Shown here: piece by piece, positions 10,581 to 22,410 of the stretch | Numbering within the stretch: position 1 is the stretch's first letter | How the letters are laid out: each line of letters begins with the position of its first letter | Source: Salisapilia sapeloensis CBS 127946 | Lineage: Eukaryota; Protista; Oomycota | NCBI GenBank assembly: GCA_023334545.1 | Contig: JAADVB010000091.1 | Coordinates: 1-64,000 of the forward strand | Reading direction: 5' to 3' | DNA length: 64,000 bases | Translations under genes and position numbers: made by a program | Notes under the pieces: generated by a model | The model's input: the letters and a program-made list of their open reading frames with translations, nothing else | Told to the model about the DNA's origin: nothing | Database searches by the model: none

Positions 10581-11577
10581 CTACATGTCGCCAGAGTCTG
10601 CCGTCTCCCCGCCCGCACTCGCCAGCAGCGTCTCCGTCTCCTCCGCCGTCAGCATGTGACGGACAATTCGGCCCGTTGCTTCATCCCGCTGCAATGTCGT
10701 GAACTCGAGCTTGTCGGCACTCGGCGTCGTCGTATCCATCGTCTTACCCATGACCTTGACGGCGAGCTTCAGCAGCTCGTCCACCGTCATTGTCTCCTCG
10801 TACTCGGACTTGAGCAGACTCTTGGCGGCGCGGTTGTTCGCGCCAATGGCCGTGGCCTTCCATCCACCATAGTTGCCACTCGGGTCACTGTGGTAGAGCT
10901 GGAAACCGTGGTGGTGGTCCCACCCGGCGTAGAGGAAGGACGCACCGAACGGACGCTGGCCACCGAACTGCGTGTAGGCTTGCTTGTAGTTGCAAATGGC
11001 CTGCACGAGCTGCTCACACGGCTGCTTCTCCTGGTACGACAGCTCATACTTTTGTGCGGCGTTGCGTGCATAGTTGATCAAAATGTTCGCGTCGGCCGTG
11101 AGACCTGGATAGAAAAGTGAGTACGAGGTAGATCAAGTGGATCTAGGTGGAATGAAATACCTGCGACGGCACAGACAAGATGATCATCCAGTTTGATAGT
11201 CTTTTCACTAGATTTACTTGGCTCCAGCATCTTGGAAGTGGCTTTCTTCTCGCCTGTAATGTACAAATGTAGTCAGAGATGCACATGGTACTTGTAGATA
11301 TAGCTAAAAGTACCTGCGATGACGATGCCGTTCTTGGCGATCATACCTACGGCCGAGCCGGCGTTGTTAATGGCCTCCATGGCATACTCGACTTGGTACA
11401 GTCGGCCTAGATCAAAGGTTTACGCGCATTAGATCTCGATTGGCACAAAAGAAGCGCAGATAAGAAGCCATATCTTCCAAGCGTACTCAAGACGCTGGAG
11501 ACAGTAGCAACATACAGACATAGAGCCGTACCTTCTGGTGAGAATGTAGTCGTGCGTCCATCGTAGCGGCGAGACAT
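10581..11577 (-). CDS. PSMA4: 20S proteasome subunit alpha-3 (PSMA4/Pre9), multi-exon
   Basis: [16 protein letters not shown] | [12 protein letters not shown] | ..[59 protein letters not shown]. Confidence 0.97.
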
Positions 11578-11788
11578 GGTCGAAAGCAATCTTTCTCCCT
11601 ACTTTTTTCTTTTGCTTTGAGTACTTGGCCACTTACAAAGATCTATATTCCCTATTAAGTACGAATCCTACGTTATGTGTGCCATATATGTACCATCCAA
11701 CGTTATATACCAATCACCAGCATCCATTCGTTCCGTTTCATCCAATGAGAAAACGCATCATCGTTAGCTGGACTTAGGCGCTGTCAAA

Positions 11789-13249
11789 CTACTCCGTGTC
11801 ACTCCCGCTCGAGGCATTCAACGCCATGAAAGAGTTCTTGGTCTTGGTCGATGCTGGAGCTGTCGTCACCTGTTTCATAAATAAAGTCAGCGAATTGCTT
11901 CAACCGTACTTCAACATCCAACACCCTACCGTCGGCGCACTCTTCTTCTCGCGCGGCTTGCGTACGGGTTCCTTCTTCTCCTCTTTTTTCTCGTCCTTCT
12001 TCTCTTCCTTTTTCCCGTCCTTCTTCTCTTCCTTTTTCTCACCTCGTCCACGTCCTCGACCGCGCCCTCGTCCGCGTCCACGACCACCTCTCTCCTCCTT
12101 GTCGTCCTTTGGACGCTGCAGAATCTTCATCGGCTTCTTTTTCTCTTCCTCCTCAGCTTTCTTCTCTGCTTTACGAGCAGCCTCCTCCGCCTTTCGGCGC
12201 TCTAGCTCTGCCTTCCGACGCTCTTCGTACGCCTTCTCGTCACGAGGCTTTGCATCGCCAAAGATACTTGGCTTATTCGTCTTCTCCGTCTCCGACTTGC
12301 CACTCGCCGTACGAGGGAGGAGGTTCAGCTTCGGACGCTCCGCCGGCGCATCCCGCTGAGGTCGACGGTTGTCCGAAGTACGCCGAGGTCCTTTCTCCGT
12401 ATAGAACGAATTGTCCTGGCGACGAGTAGGTCGACGTTCGTTCGCTACATCCATACGTAGCGTTCGGCCGCCTACCACCTACTTGGAATTCAGCACGATG
12501 ATAGACGAAGTACAAGATGCAGGTCTTACACTTCCATCTAGCTCGAGCGCTCGAGCGAGAAAGTCTCGCTCTTCAAACTCGACGTAGGCAGTGCCTCGAG
12601 GACGGTTGAGCTCACGGTCGAATGGCAGATGGATGTGCTTGATGCCATCGGCGCCAATGACGTCGGCAACGTCATCCTCGGTCATATTAAACGGAAGGTT
12701 CGCGATAAACAACTAGTGGAAACGTACGCGTATAAATACAGAATCGACATGCATCTACTAAATAAAAGAGACTTTGAAAGGAGGGTGGTCCGGCAGCGGG
12801 TTCTTTGCACGTGGCTCACGAGAGTTGGACGAGTGACGAGAGGAACGGGAAGAGCGGCGTCCTTCCGGATGAACCTCTGGCTCCGAATGATGCGGATCTT
12901 GCTCTACGCGAAGTTAGAAATGGCAAGCTGCACGAGGTACACGTCAAATGTACCAGGGGCGGCCGAGGGCGAGTCTGGCGTGTCCTTCACAGTGTCTTCC
13001 TGGACGCTGTTAAGACACAGAGTTAAGTATCGAAATGCAGACTTGACACGTGTCCTAGTGCCGAGGAAGTAGATATGCTTGTGCGGTCCAAGCATGACAA
13101 ACTCTTTGGCAAGGTACATGGAAACTAGACAGGACGTACTTGCTGAGGGTAGCTGCAATCGGGATGGGCTGGGTGTCGAGGTCATCCTCATCAGCCCAGG
13201 AGCTTCCGCCGCCGGTAGTAGGTTGCACAAACAAAGAGTTATTCGCCAT
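11789..13249 (-). CDS. EIF4B: Translation initiation factor eIF4B/eIF4H-like RRM protein, multi-exon
   Basis: N-terminal SWADEDD motif. RRM FIANLPF..RGTAYVEF..ALELDG..GRTLRMDVA. ERPKLNLLPRT and SIFGDAKPRDE motifs. RG-repeat and KKEE low-complexity tail. Confidence 0.8.
11945..12095 (-). repeat. Coding low-complexity repeats in eIF4B: (GR)n and (KKEE/KKDE)n
   Basis: Imperfect (CGTCCA/CGTCCT/CGTCCG)n and (TTCTTCTCY)n units on + encode RGRGRGRG and KKEEKKDGKKEEKKDE. Confidence 0.8.
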
Positions 13250-13494
13250 CGCTTCGATAGTACTGATGCTCGTTGGTCTTTTGTTGTCTTCAGACGCGAC
13301 CAACAACTTGTCCATACTTTACTTCATACGCTAGTCGCACATCTATAGCAGATATATCATTTCCGACCTTTATAAATAACAACCTACCACTATTCTGCAC
13401 ATCGTGTGTCTGCAGCATATAATTTCTTATAAAAGACATATAAACGATAGGATAAGCAGGCGCTGGTCAGCGCCAGTCGCAATAACTTCACATC

Positions 13495-14577
13495 ATGGTA
13501 GGCGGAGGCAAGGTCGTCAAGCAGTCTGCTTCGCAGCAAGCACGCCGTGCGCACGGCAAAGTCACTAAGCAAGCAAACAAGCAAGCTCGCAAGGTTCCTA
13601 GTACGATCAAGCCGAAACGTACCAAGGCTCGCATCCAACGACTGCTCAAGAGCAAGGAGCCAAAGCTGGTGGAGGACACTAAGAACCTGTTGGTGCTTCG
13701 AGGGTACAAGACAAATGAAAGCATCAGCCAATTGCTCCGAGACATTCGCATGCTCAAGTCTCCGAACGTCAAGATGCTTGGTAAGAAGAACGACATCCAC
13801 GTCTTTGACGACGAGCAGCCGATCGAGTTTTTGACACACAAGAACGACGCGAGTCTCTTTGCCATCGGTTCCAACACCAAAAAGCGTCCGAACAACCTCT
13901 CTATCGTACGTACATTTTCACATGACTGCTTAAATAGTATATTTACACACATATAGGGACGGACGTTTGATGGACATCTACTGGACGTCATGGAGTTCGA
14001 AGTGCTCAACTTTAAGTCGATCGAAGCGTTTGACTGTAAAAGCAAGAAGGCACCGGGCTCCAAGCCCTGCTTCATCTTCACTGGTGACGAATGGGAGAGT
14101 CAAGAACCCTTCCAAAAGCTACAAAACCTACTCTTGGACATCTTCCGAGGCACCGTCGTGCCGAGCGTCAACGTTAAGGGTCTCGATCACGTGATCGTTG
14201 TCACTGCTTCGAAAGGCAGAGCGCTCTTCCGTTCCTACTCGATCGACTTCAAGAAAGCAGACAGCACGGACGGCACTGTCCACCCTCGTGTGGAGCTAGA
14301 GGAGATGGGTCCTCGCTTCGACATGTCTTTCCGCCGCCACAAGTTCGCTTCGCCGGAGCTCATGAAGGCAGCGACCAAGAAACCTAAGGCCGTGACTGCC
14401 AAGAAGGTGAAGAACATTGAGCGGGAGGAAGGCACTGGCCACAAGATGGGTCGCCTGCATCTCGACCGCCAAGACGTGTACTCGATGAACAGTCGTCGCG
14501 TCAAGGCTTTGCGCAAGACTCCATCTCAACTCCAGTCGGACCCGACGGACGCGGAGCTCGAGGTAGAGGAAGTGTAG
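13495..14577 (+). CDS. RPF2: Ribosome production factor 2 (Brix domain), one intron at about 13906-13956
   Basis: KPKRTKAR..EPKLVEDTK..KNDIHVFDD..KNDASLFAIGSNTKKRPNNLSI | GRTFDGHLLDVMEF..RVELEEMGPRFDM..K.MGRLHL..Q. Confidence 0.95.
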
Positions 14578-14749
14578 ATCTGCTAGTGTAATAGATTTTC
14601 ATGAACGAACAAGAGTGGTTTTCTCGAAGGAGAGGGGAAAAAGGGGTGGAGACGCCAGCACTCACAATTCGCGAGGCATCAATCCATAACCCTTTCAAAA
14701 TATTTTGAGTTTCTCCTATCGTACACGATAAGATGTATGAAAATCTAAC

Positions 14750-15576
14750 TTAAGTGGACGTGTTCTTGAGCGTCGACGTCAGCTGGGAAAAGTCCTGGAC
14801 ATACCAGTCGGCTTGATCCCGCACGACGTCCCGCTGAACCACGCCGCCGTAGCCAACCACAAGGCTAGCTGGAGGACGCGCTTCCACGTCCGTGACGCCA
14901 TCTCCGACCATTGCCACATTCTTGTGGCCGTGGATCTTCTTGATGACCTTGATGGCCGCAGCCTTGCCGCCAGCACGACTGGTGAGTTCCATGTCGTCAA
15001 AGCCGGCGTACTCACCATTGTCACCGAAGAAGATGGTGTTGGCGTAGATATTCCGGAGCGGAACGTTGAGTTGTTCTGCAACCGGGACAATCATGAGGCG
15101 GAAACCGCCGGATACGAGGAAGACTTCGATGCTCTTCGAGTGGAGTTCAGCTACAAGCTCCTTGATGCCGTTGCTGAGCTTGGGCGGGTTATTCTGGAGA
15201 CACATCTCGACATCACCCTTGGATGGCTTGATGATGTCCAGTCGAGCCTTGAGCGCATCTTCGAACTTGACGCTTCCGTTCATAGCTCTGCAGACAAGAG
15301 GTTAATACTCGTTCCTTGTTACCATATAAAAGATCAGTCGTACCGATTCGTCCAGTCTCGGACAGCATCGCCTTTGCCACAGTGCTCGGCTAAGACGTCA
15401 ATGCCTTCCTCCATGCAGACCGTGCTGTCGACATCAAAGCAGACAGCATCCACGGAGCGCCATAAGTCTTGTGCCGGAGGAGTTGATACGGCTTCCGGAC
15501 CGCCGCGCATGAGTGTGGAAACGCGTTGCTTGGCCATACTAGTGGCGCCTTGCATAAACTTGGTAGCACGCAACAT
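14750..15576 (-). CDS. PSPH: Phosphoserine phosphatase (HAD family) with a putative mitochondrial presequence, one intron
   Basis: HAD motif I CFDVDST, then EGIDVLA, LVSGGF, GGK and motif IV MVGDGVTD. N-terminus MLRATKF.. is Arg/Lys-rich and lacks acidic residues. Confidence 0.95.
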
Positions 15577-18444
15577 GGTTACTTGTGTGGATTGGGTCGA
15601 AGATGGATTGGGTGGGTTGACTCCGGGCGAGCAGATTGGAAAATGACCTCGTGGTTGGCATATAGGGACAGCTTCCACTTCTCGTCGTTGGCCTGGGAGT
15701 GGGACAAATATGCGTCAAAGTCCTTCCACAATCTGACCATGGGTAGGGCTGTGAAAAATTTAAACACGCAAACGGCCGCCTGGTCAGCTTATACCACAGC
15801 CTTTTTTGGATTTGAAAAGTAGGGAGAGCAGATAGAGCGTAAAAGATGACCCGAAATGCATATCCACATGCGTGCAAGTGGAGTGCTAGAGCGGTCTAGG
15901 GCGATAAAAGTTAATTGAAGCTTTTCCAACTTTCACTTCCCATGTGCCCCGTCGGCCGTTTTGTTGACTCTTTGAAGCTGATGCCCCGTCTCTACTCGCA
16001 GTTTCTATTCGTGCAGCCTTGATTTGTGGATACGTCGCAGGGCAATAGACCAATGGAAGCACGACCTCTTTTTTAAAATACGGCGATCGTTTCATAAAAG
16101 TAGATCGGAGGCTCCTTGCGTTTCTAAGCGCGTGCTATAGAAGCGTTTTGGTAGGTAAACCTCGTGGCCTTATCCGCGGCATCTTAGAATCGTATTTGTT
16201 GTTGGATGCACGCGGTCACTTCTCAGCAGCGAATTAGATCGCATGCATGCTTTCTGCCTCGTGCCTCGTACGTGGAAAACAGATTGACACAATGGCACAA
16301 CTTTAATGGGATCGCTTCCAAGGCAGTAGAGAAACACCATTGGTTTAAGCTTCATTCGATACAAACTCACAATGACTCTGAGAAGCAGGATGATCTAAAG
16401 ATGCGAAAATTTGAATCACGACAGCGACCAGGAGTAAAATCCGCTCATGCGTGATGGCAGACAAGGCAGTCACAGAGCGCTCATTTTCATCATGCTAGAC
16501 GCGTTCATGTCTGTTACATTACCTAAACTAACTCACTCTGGGTATCCGTTGAGACGGGTTTGGAAAACATGCACACTATAATAAGCACGGTGGGTACCGT
16601 TGGCATTATCCCATAGAGTTCCCACCTCGGCATAATCTTCGTTCATTTCGTCTACGCTCGGGCAGTCGGATGATGAGAAGACCCAAGCAAAAGGTGACAT
16701 CAAACACGCTGTCTTGCACGAATTTCTTGCTTTCTCTATGCCAAAGCTTCAATGGCGAATGTGACTGGCAAATCATCCCGACTCAGATCGAGAAAACTTC
16801 AACGAAGGTGCATCCGTCTTTTCGGTTCATGTATCCTGCCTGCCTGCCTCTTGCCTTCTTAGAAGTTGCTTTTTAATAACGGATATTTAAAGAGTGGAGC
16901 TATTAATGTGTAGATGGCAAAGTAGTCTTTCGTGTGCTTCCTGAATTGATCCAAGCAAAGTAGTCGGTTTCTGATAAGTAGACAGCAATCATTGAACTCT
17001 ACTTGATCCGTTTGACGTCCATACCAAGATTGTACACATTGCCTATCACAAGATCGCGGTCTACATTCGTTCTTTCAATCGCACGTACGCAGCGAAGAGC
17101 GGTTCATCTACGCTTCCGTCCTCTTTCTTATCTTCCTCACATCTTCTCACAGACGCCTTCTACGCTCGTACGATGAAATGCGTGGTAGCTCCCGATGCTT
17201 TAATCTCTACTTCTTATCCCCGTCTGACCGTCTCTGTTCCCACCCGCTCTCCAAGATTTCAACCGCATGAGCATCAATTCTTATCAGCATCTGGACGTAC
17301 GAAGTGGGTGCCGTACATTCTGGTGCTTTGAGCGTTCAAACCTTCCATGCTTCTATACTTCCTTTCTCACACCCTCAACTCAATAAAGCACCCTACACGG
17401 GTAATCCAAGAGCAAGAAATTGGGGCTAAAGAAGCAGCATCCAAGTCCAAGTCTCCTCCTAGTCGACATTTGTACCCAATTTCTAGACATGGTCCAACTC
17501 GACCAGCATGTCATTTCCTACGAATGACCCGTTCCATGTAGCAATTAAAACGTAACGATAGAAAGAATGAGGTTGTCGTTGGACTAGCAGCAACGGACAA
17601 GAGCAGGAAAAGCTGATGATACATCTGAGTTGCGACCAGAACAATCCTCGTAGGTCGTCATGTTAAAGCATTCAAGGGTGAAACGGGGGTCTGCTGGACA
17701 AATGCGTCTCGGGCTGATCTGATCTCAAGTACCGCACCAAGAAGCCTTTGCTCCTCAATGTCCCTCAAAATGCCTTCTAATGAACGCATGCTACATGTAA
17801 ATGACCAATGCTAACTCTCAACAAGCAAAACTTCCACTTGTAATGTCATGCCCGTGAACATATAAATTGATCATGCCAAAGCTAGCTTGAGAGGCCCAAT
17901 CTAGCTCCGGTTTCAAACTAAAAGGCAGTCTCGCTTCCACGTTTCCATGTAAACTTGCACTATCCAATTAAGAGTTTCATCCATCACCATGTCTTTACGT
18001 GAACTGAAGGAGATGTCAGAACACATCTGAGCACTATCCGAGTTCGTCGACAAGCTTGTCTCGTTCCAACGTCTGCCTAGACTAGTAGCTACATTCACCA
18101 AAGTTCATGATTACCCGTACTCGTAATCAGCTTCACTTCCGACGTCTGGCATATCGCTCGTAAGAGCTGAAGCTACGTGACGAACAGAGGCAAACACATA
18201 TGTATAGTATCAAAAGAATCGCCTTGTCGACGATACATTGTATTGGTTCTTCGTGACTCGGTCGTCTAGCTATTGTACATACACTGGCATTGTCGCCAAT
18301 ACCTTTACAAGTCACGATTGGACCAACCATAACCTCCAAAGCGGAGGGTACTCGTTCCTAGCAGATAAACTATTGTTGCATCGTCCCGCTGCTGAATCGG
18401 GAGCACTTCCCTTCATCAGGCAGACGAGCTCTTACGCAAGGAAT

Positions 18445-20199
18445 TTAGCTGAACCGGCGTTGGCTCTGCCAGTTACCCGCGTTCGTCTGAATTCCGTCCA
18501 CGAGTGCTTCCAAGTCAAGCCACGGGATCGAATGGAGCGTCGAGAGCGCCGGGAGCGCACGCGACTTGAGAAAGTCGACCTGTCCCGACAGAAACTCTTC
18601 ATTCGAAGACCGATCTCGGTCAAAGCAGCACGGAGAAATGTTGTGGCCGTTCAGCTTGTCCAGATCGCCCTGCTGGAAGTTTTCTTCCGTCAGGCGGTGA
18701 ACCCACTTTTGGTGCAGAGCGAACGGCTTCGTCGTCTGACCGATATCGCTTGCGTGCACAGCGCAGCGAAGGACGCGCACCTGCAGCTCCTGAGGCAAAA
18801 CACCTCCTTCGTTCTGACTCCACTCGTTGTGGGAGATCTGTGTAATGTCCGCAAGAAGCTCCTTCTGGTAGCAGAGGGCGGTGGCAAGGATCGTTTCACG
18901 AACGACTGTCAACACGTCCTGCTGCTGTCTCGCGTTCATACCGCGAAGCATGTTAAACTTCGTGTCAAGAAGTGCTCGAATGGCCAAGTCTGCGTGCATC
19001 GACTCCATCGGAGTGCGTCCTGGGTATCGCTGGGCAATGTCATGGCGTGTGCGCACGAGGAAGTCGTTCGACAGACCAACGTGCTCAATGTCGTGCATCA
19101 AAGCAGCGAAGAGAGCACCGATCTGGTTGTGAAGAGCGATCTTGTCGCCTAAAGAAGAGTGCCAAAGCATCGCAAAGAGACTGTGAAGCACGTCCGCAGC
19201 GTGGCATGCATTGTGGAAAGGCATGTCGCGGCAGTAGCGTCCCTGGACGTGAAGTAGGAATGCCGGTAGCTCCACCATGTCAATGAAAGACGAGACGGAC
19301 TCGTCCAGAGTCTTAAATACAAGCATACCGATGAGGACGAGCACATTATCCTTCATCAATTCCTCCAACACAAGCACGTCTAATTGTCTAGTACCAAAGG
19401 ACGAGGTGATGAGAAGCATAACGTCGCTTAAGGACGCAGAGGGCACGTCGCAAAGCTCGCAGATCTGTTTCAGTTCCCCTTCTTTCAAGTTGTCCAGAGG
19501 CCGATGGGATCTTCTCGACACGGGGAGTGCCTGCATAGATCCGGGGGAGAGACTAGGCAACGTGCGGCCATTGCGTCTCCTGAGCGGTTCCTCATCAAAC
19601 AAATCGTTCCAGACTGTCACATCCCTCTGACTGCGAGTGCTCGTAAGGGTTTTTAAATTCAGACGAGGGTGACTTGGGACGCCTTGCGGTGTCGCGGGTG
19701 CGGATCGTCTGGTCGTGTACTGCTGCGCGCGTCCCATGCTAACACTAAGGAATATATGCGGCGTGGACGTCTCGCCGACGCTAAAGCTGTTGGACTCGAT
19801 GAGGCTTTCGGGGTCGCTATCTCGCTGCGTGCTGCTAGACCTGTGTTTCGGGCGAGATGGCATCTTTTTGCGCATGTACGCAGCAAGTGCGCGCAGTCGG
19901 GACTCGACTCGAATACGCTTCGAGTTGGCGCTGTTGGAGGCATTTGTGTTGAGCGATGTGTGTGCACCGGCGGAAGACACGCGTACGGAGGCCGCGCGTG
20001 CCGTGGCGACGGCGGCATCGCGCGCCTTGCGAGCGTACTTGCGCGCATCGTCGACATTCATATCTGCCGGTATTTGTGTGTGGGGTGACGAGACGGGGGA
20101 CTCCGAGTCGGATTCGGCAGTCGTGGCGAGGCTATTAGCTGAGCTAGCGAGTGCCTTGCGAGCGTTTTGGAGCCGTAGTTCGGCTCCTTCGTCGATCAT
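18445..20199 (-). CDS. Class I 3',5'-cyclic nucleotide phosphodiesterase, 584 aa
   Basis: PDEase motifs PFHNACHAADV, AALMHDIEHVGLSNDF, ESMHA, HASDI..KW..EE..QGD and the invariant Gln in GQVDF. The N-terminal half is low-complexity. Confidence 0.92.
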   Translation of the reverse strand: MIDEGAELRLQNARKALASSANSLATTAESDSESPVSSPHTQIPADMNVDDARKYARKARDAAVATARAASVRVSSAGAHTSLNTNASNSANSKRIRVESRLRALAAYMRKKMPSRPKHRSSSTQRDSDPESLIESNSFSVGETSTPHIFLSVSMGRAQQYTTRRSAPATPQGVPSHPRLNLKTLTSTRSQRDVTVWNDLFDEEPLRRRNGRTLPSLSPGSMQALPVSRRSHRPLDNLKEGELKQICELCDVPSASLSDVMLLITSSFGTRQLDVLVLEELMKDNVLVLIGMLVFKTLDESVSSFIDMVELPAFLLHVQGRYCRDMPFHNACHAADVLHSLFAMLWHSSLGDKIALHNQIGALFAALMHDIEHVGLSNDFLVRTRHDIAQRYPGRTPMESMHADLAIRALLDTKFNMLRGMNARQQQDVLTVVRETILATALCYQKELLADITQISHNEWSQNEGGVLPQELQVRVLRCAVHASDIGQTTKPFALHQKWVHRLTEENFQQGDLDKLNGHNISPCCFDRDRSSNEEFLSGQVDFLKSRALPALSTLHSIPWLDLEALVDGIQTNAGNWQSQRRFS

Positions 20200-21032
20200 G
20201 GGGTCGTCCAGTTCTTCCGTGCGGGTGTCGCAGAGCTCAGAAAAAAGGAAATTGCCGCTTGAGTGTGCGAGGAGCAGGCTGGGCGCGTAGAAAAGAAAGT
20301 GGGCAAGTGATCAAGTAGCCGCGAGGAGGAAATGTCACAAAACCAGGACACGTCGAACCAGACGCTCTCGGCATCTGCCTCTTCTGATCCCCTAGCACGT
20401 CGCAGGGAAAAAAGACAAGGAGCGAGGGGAGGAGGAAAAAAGAAAGTGAATGTGCCTTTGGGACATCTTGGCAGGAGGAAACTTGCAGTTGAACGCGAGT
20501 GCAATCGAAGGATGAGGCGAAAATTGGACGAGAGAGGTGTACTTTGCTCAAGATCGGTCGGAACGACCGAGCCGTTTTTTGTCCGAGTGGCGTGAGTGAG
20601 TCGCGGTCAAGGTGAAGCAGAGGCACAGCGTGTTCCATTACGTGAGGTTCGGTGCGAGCTGGAGGAATGCGTGGCGCCAAGGGCTTGACAGTTAACGCTC
20701 TAGCTTCTATCATTCGGCGGAGCAGTAGAAGCTTGCGTGCGCTCCAACCCTGCTTTTCTTCCAGCTGCATGACCAGCGGATCGATATTGAAATCGTAGAG
20801 TTACATAGATCGGTTAGCATGCGAGGACATAGACGTTTATGACACTCATCTTCTCGTTCCTACTTGCACTATGCTACACATCGGTCTCGACGATACCCAT
20901 GGAGCCTACAAGCTACGATAACTGAAAATAGACTTGTACTGACACGATGCATCCGGTCCAAATTTCCACTTGACCAAGATACCACTGTGAAGAGACGCTT
21001 TTTTCACTTGACCCTTTCTCACGCGTCGATCC

Positions 21033-22325
21033 ATGGATATTGACATCTCTTCGCCGGATTTTAATCCCGATCAGTTCCTCGCCTCGCTCCACGCGGTACG
21101 TACATTTGCATGCACCCGCTATTGCGTAGGTATCGCTGTCGTCTATCTGACTCCTACTGACGTCCTGCATGCATACACCAGCGGACGACCACGACGGACT
21201 TGCGGCTGGAGCTTGAAACGTTGCGCCGAGCCACGTCTGATAAGACGCTGCAGCTCAAATCCCTCGTTCATGAACATTTTGATCATTACCTTACTTGCCA
21301 TGACGCCGTGCGGCAGGTCGGCAGCGAAATCAGGCGCCATCACAAACAGAACGACACGCTTCAAGCGCATGCGGCTCATCTGCGCCGCGTAGCTGATCAA
21401 CGTCTGTCGGATGTGCTCAAGCTAGACCACGAATGTCGAGTGACCGGTCGTGCCATCGACATGCTAAGCGCTGTTGAACCTGCTCTCCTGGCACTGGAAA
21501 GGATGAAAAAGAGTATGAGAAAACAAAATTGGCAAGCATTACTGAAGGACTATGCACAACTGCAGTCCATGACAGCAACGAGTGGAGAGGAGCTCATATT
21601 GATAAACATAAAAGCGAGCGCCGACCACGTGGCGACGGAAGCAAAGGAGCTGCTATTGGACTGCGATATATCAGAGTCGGAGGTAGGAATCCCTACGATC
21701 TTCTTGCACTTCATAAATGATAAGGCGCTCATTACGCATAGCGAATGCTCGAACAGCAACTGGACAACTTGGTACCACAGACGCGGCCATCTACTCATCG
21801 TAGTGCCAATAGAGATTTAAGTCAGTGACCAAACGGCCGTATCGTGGAACTTGAATACACGCACGCTTCATTTTCATTGCATTCACAGTGACTATATGGA
21901 AACTCTTGTACTCGAATCGACACTTGGTTCGATACGTACTTGCACCTAGAAACCAACATTCCGTACACTTCGAGAGGAAGGCTGCGCTGAACCACGTCGA
22001 TTCCCTGGGTGGTAGAAGGCGTAACCGTCAGGATAGATCAGAAAACCGCATCTACAATGCTGGATTCGCCCGACGAATCCGCAATAGCTTTGCACCCTTT
22101 AAACACAAAATCCCGTTTTGTGTCTCTTCCAGAACGAGGAAACCGAAAATTGGTATCCGTCCTGGTATCTTTCATCACTCGCCACATCTTGTACATCTCT
22201 GCCTTTTGCATTTTCAGACCTTCCACACCGGACGCATGCCCTCCAGGTTTCCAGATAGCCCAGTTGAAGTTGCACTCGTAACGGTTATGAAAGTTGCAGC
22301 TAGCATATCCATGTTACGAACCTGA
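21033..22325 (+). CDS. Sec5/EXOC2-like (Vps51-superfamily N-terminal region) protein, apparently short; 3' exons uncertain
   Basis: Spliced N-terminus MDIDISSPDFNPDQFLASLHA | RTTTTDLRLELETLRR..LKSLVHEHFDHYLTCHDAV resembles the Sec5 motif (DP.S..FDP..FL..VH..L..L..LKSLVKENFDRFV.CK). The 3' end is bounded by the VSR start at 22411. Confidence 0.6.
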
Positions 22326-22410
22326 GGTGTTCCTTTCCGTACCACTATACAAACTTTCATACAAAGCAAAAGATCCCGTCACTTTTCTCAGGAAGAACAG
22401 GAGGAAGAAG

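Noticed and set aside
18100-18225. Minus-strand frame QGDSFD..*LQLLRAICQTSEVKLITSTGNHELW resembling metallophosphoesterase GDxxD/GNHE motifs
   Set aside because: It has an in-frame stop, flanking motifs are absent, and alternative splice readings are equally plausible, so it is likely chance.
18238-19152. 304-aa plus-strand ORF and other long antisense ORFs (e.g. 14813-15646, 23534-24250, 24748-25497, 29920-30711, 47558 upstream part, 48733-49413)
   Set aside because: They are shadows of GC-rich coding sequence on the opposite strand or in another frame, with no independent motifs.
20237-20770. 177-aa minus-strand ORF upstream of the PDE
   Set aside because: It lies in the purine/pyrimidine-skewed divergent promoter and 5' UTR region, and its composition is not protein-like.
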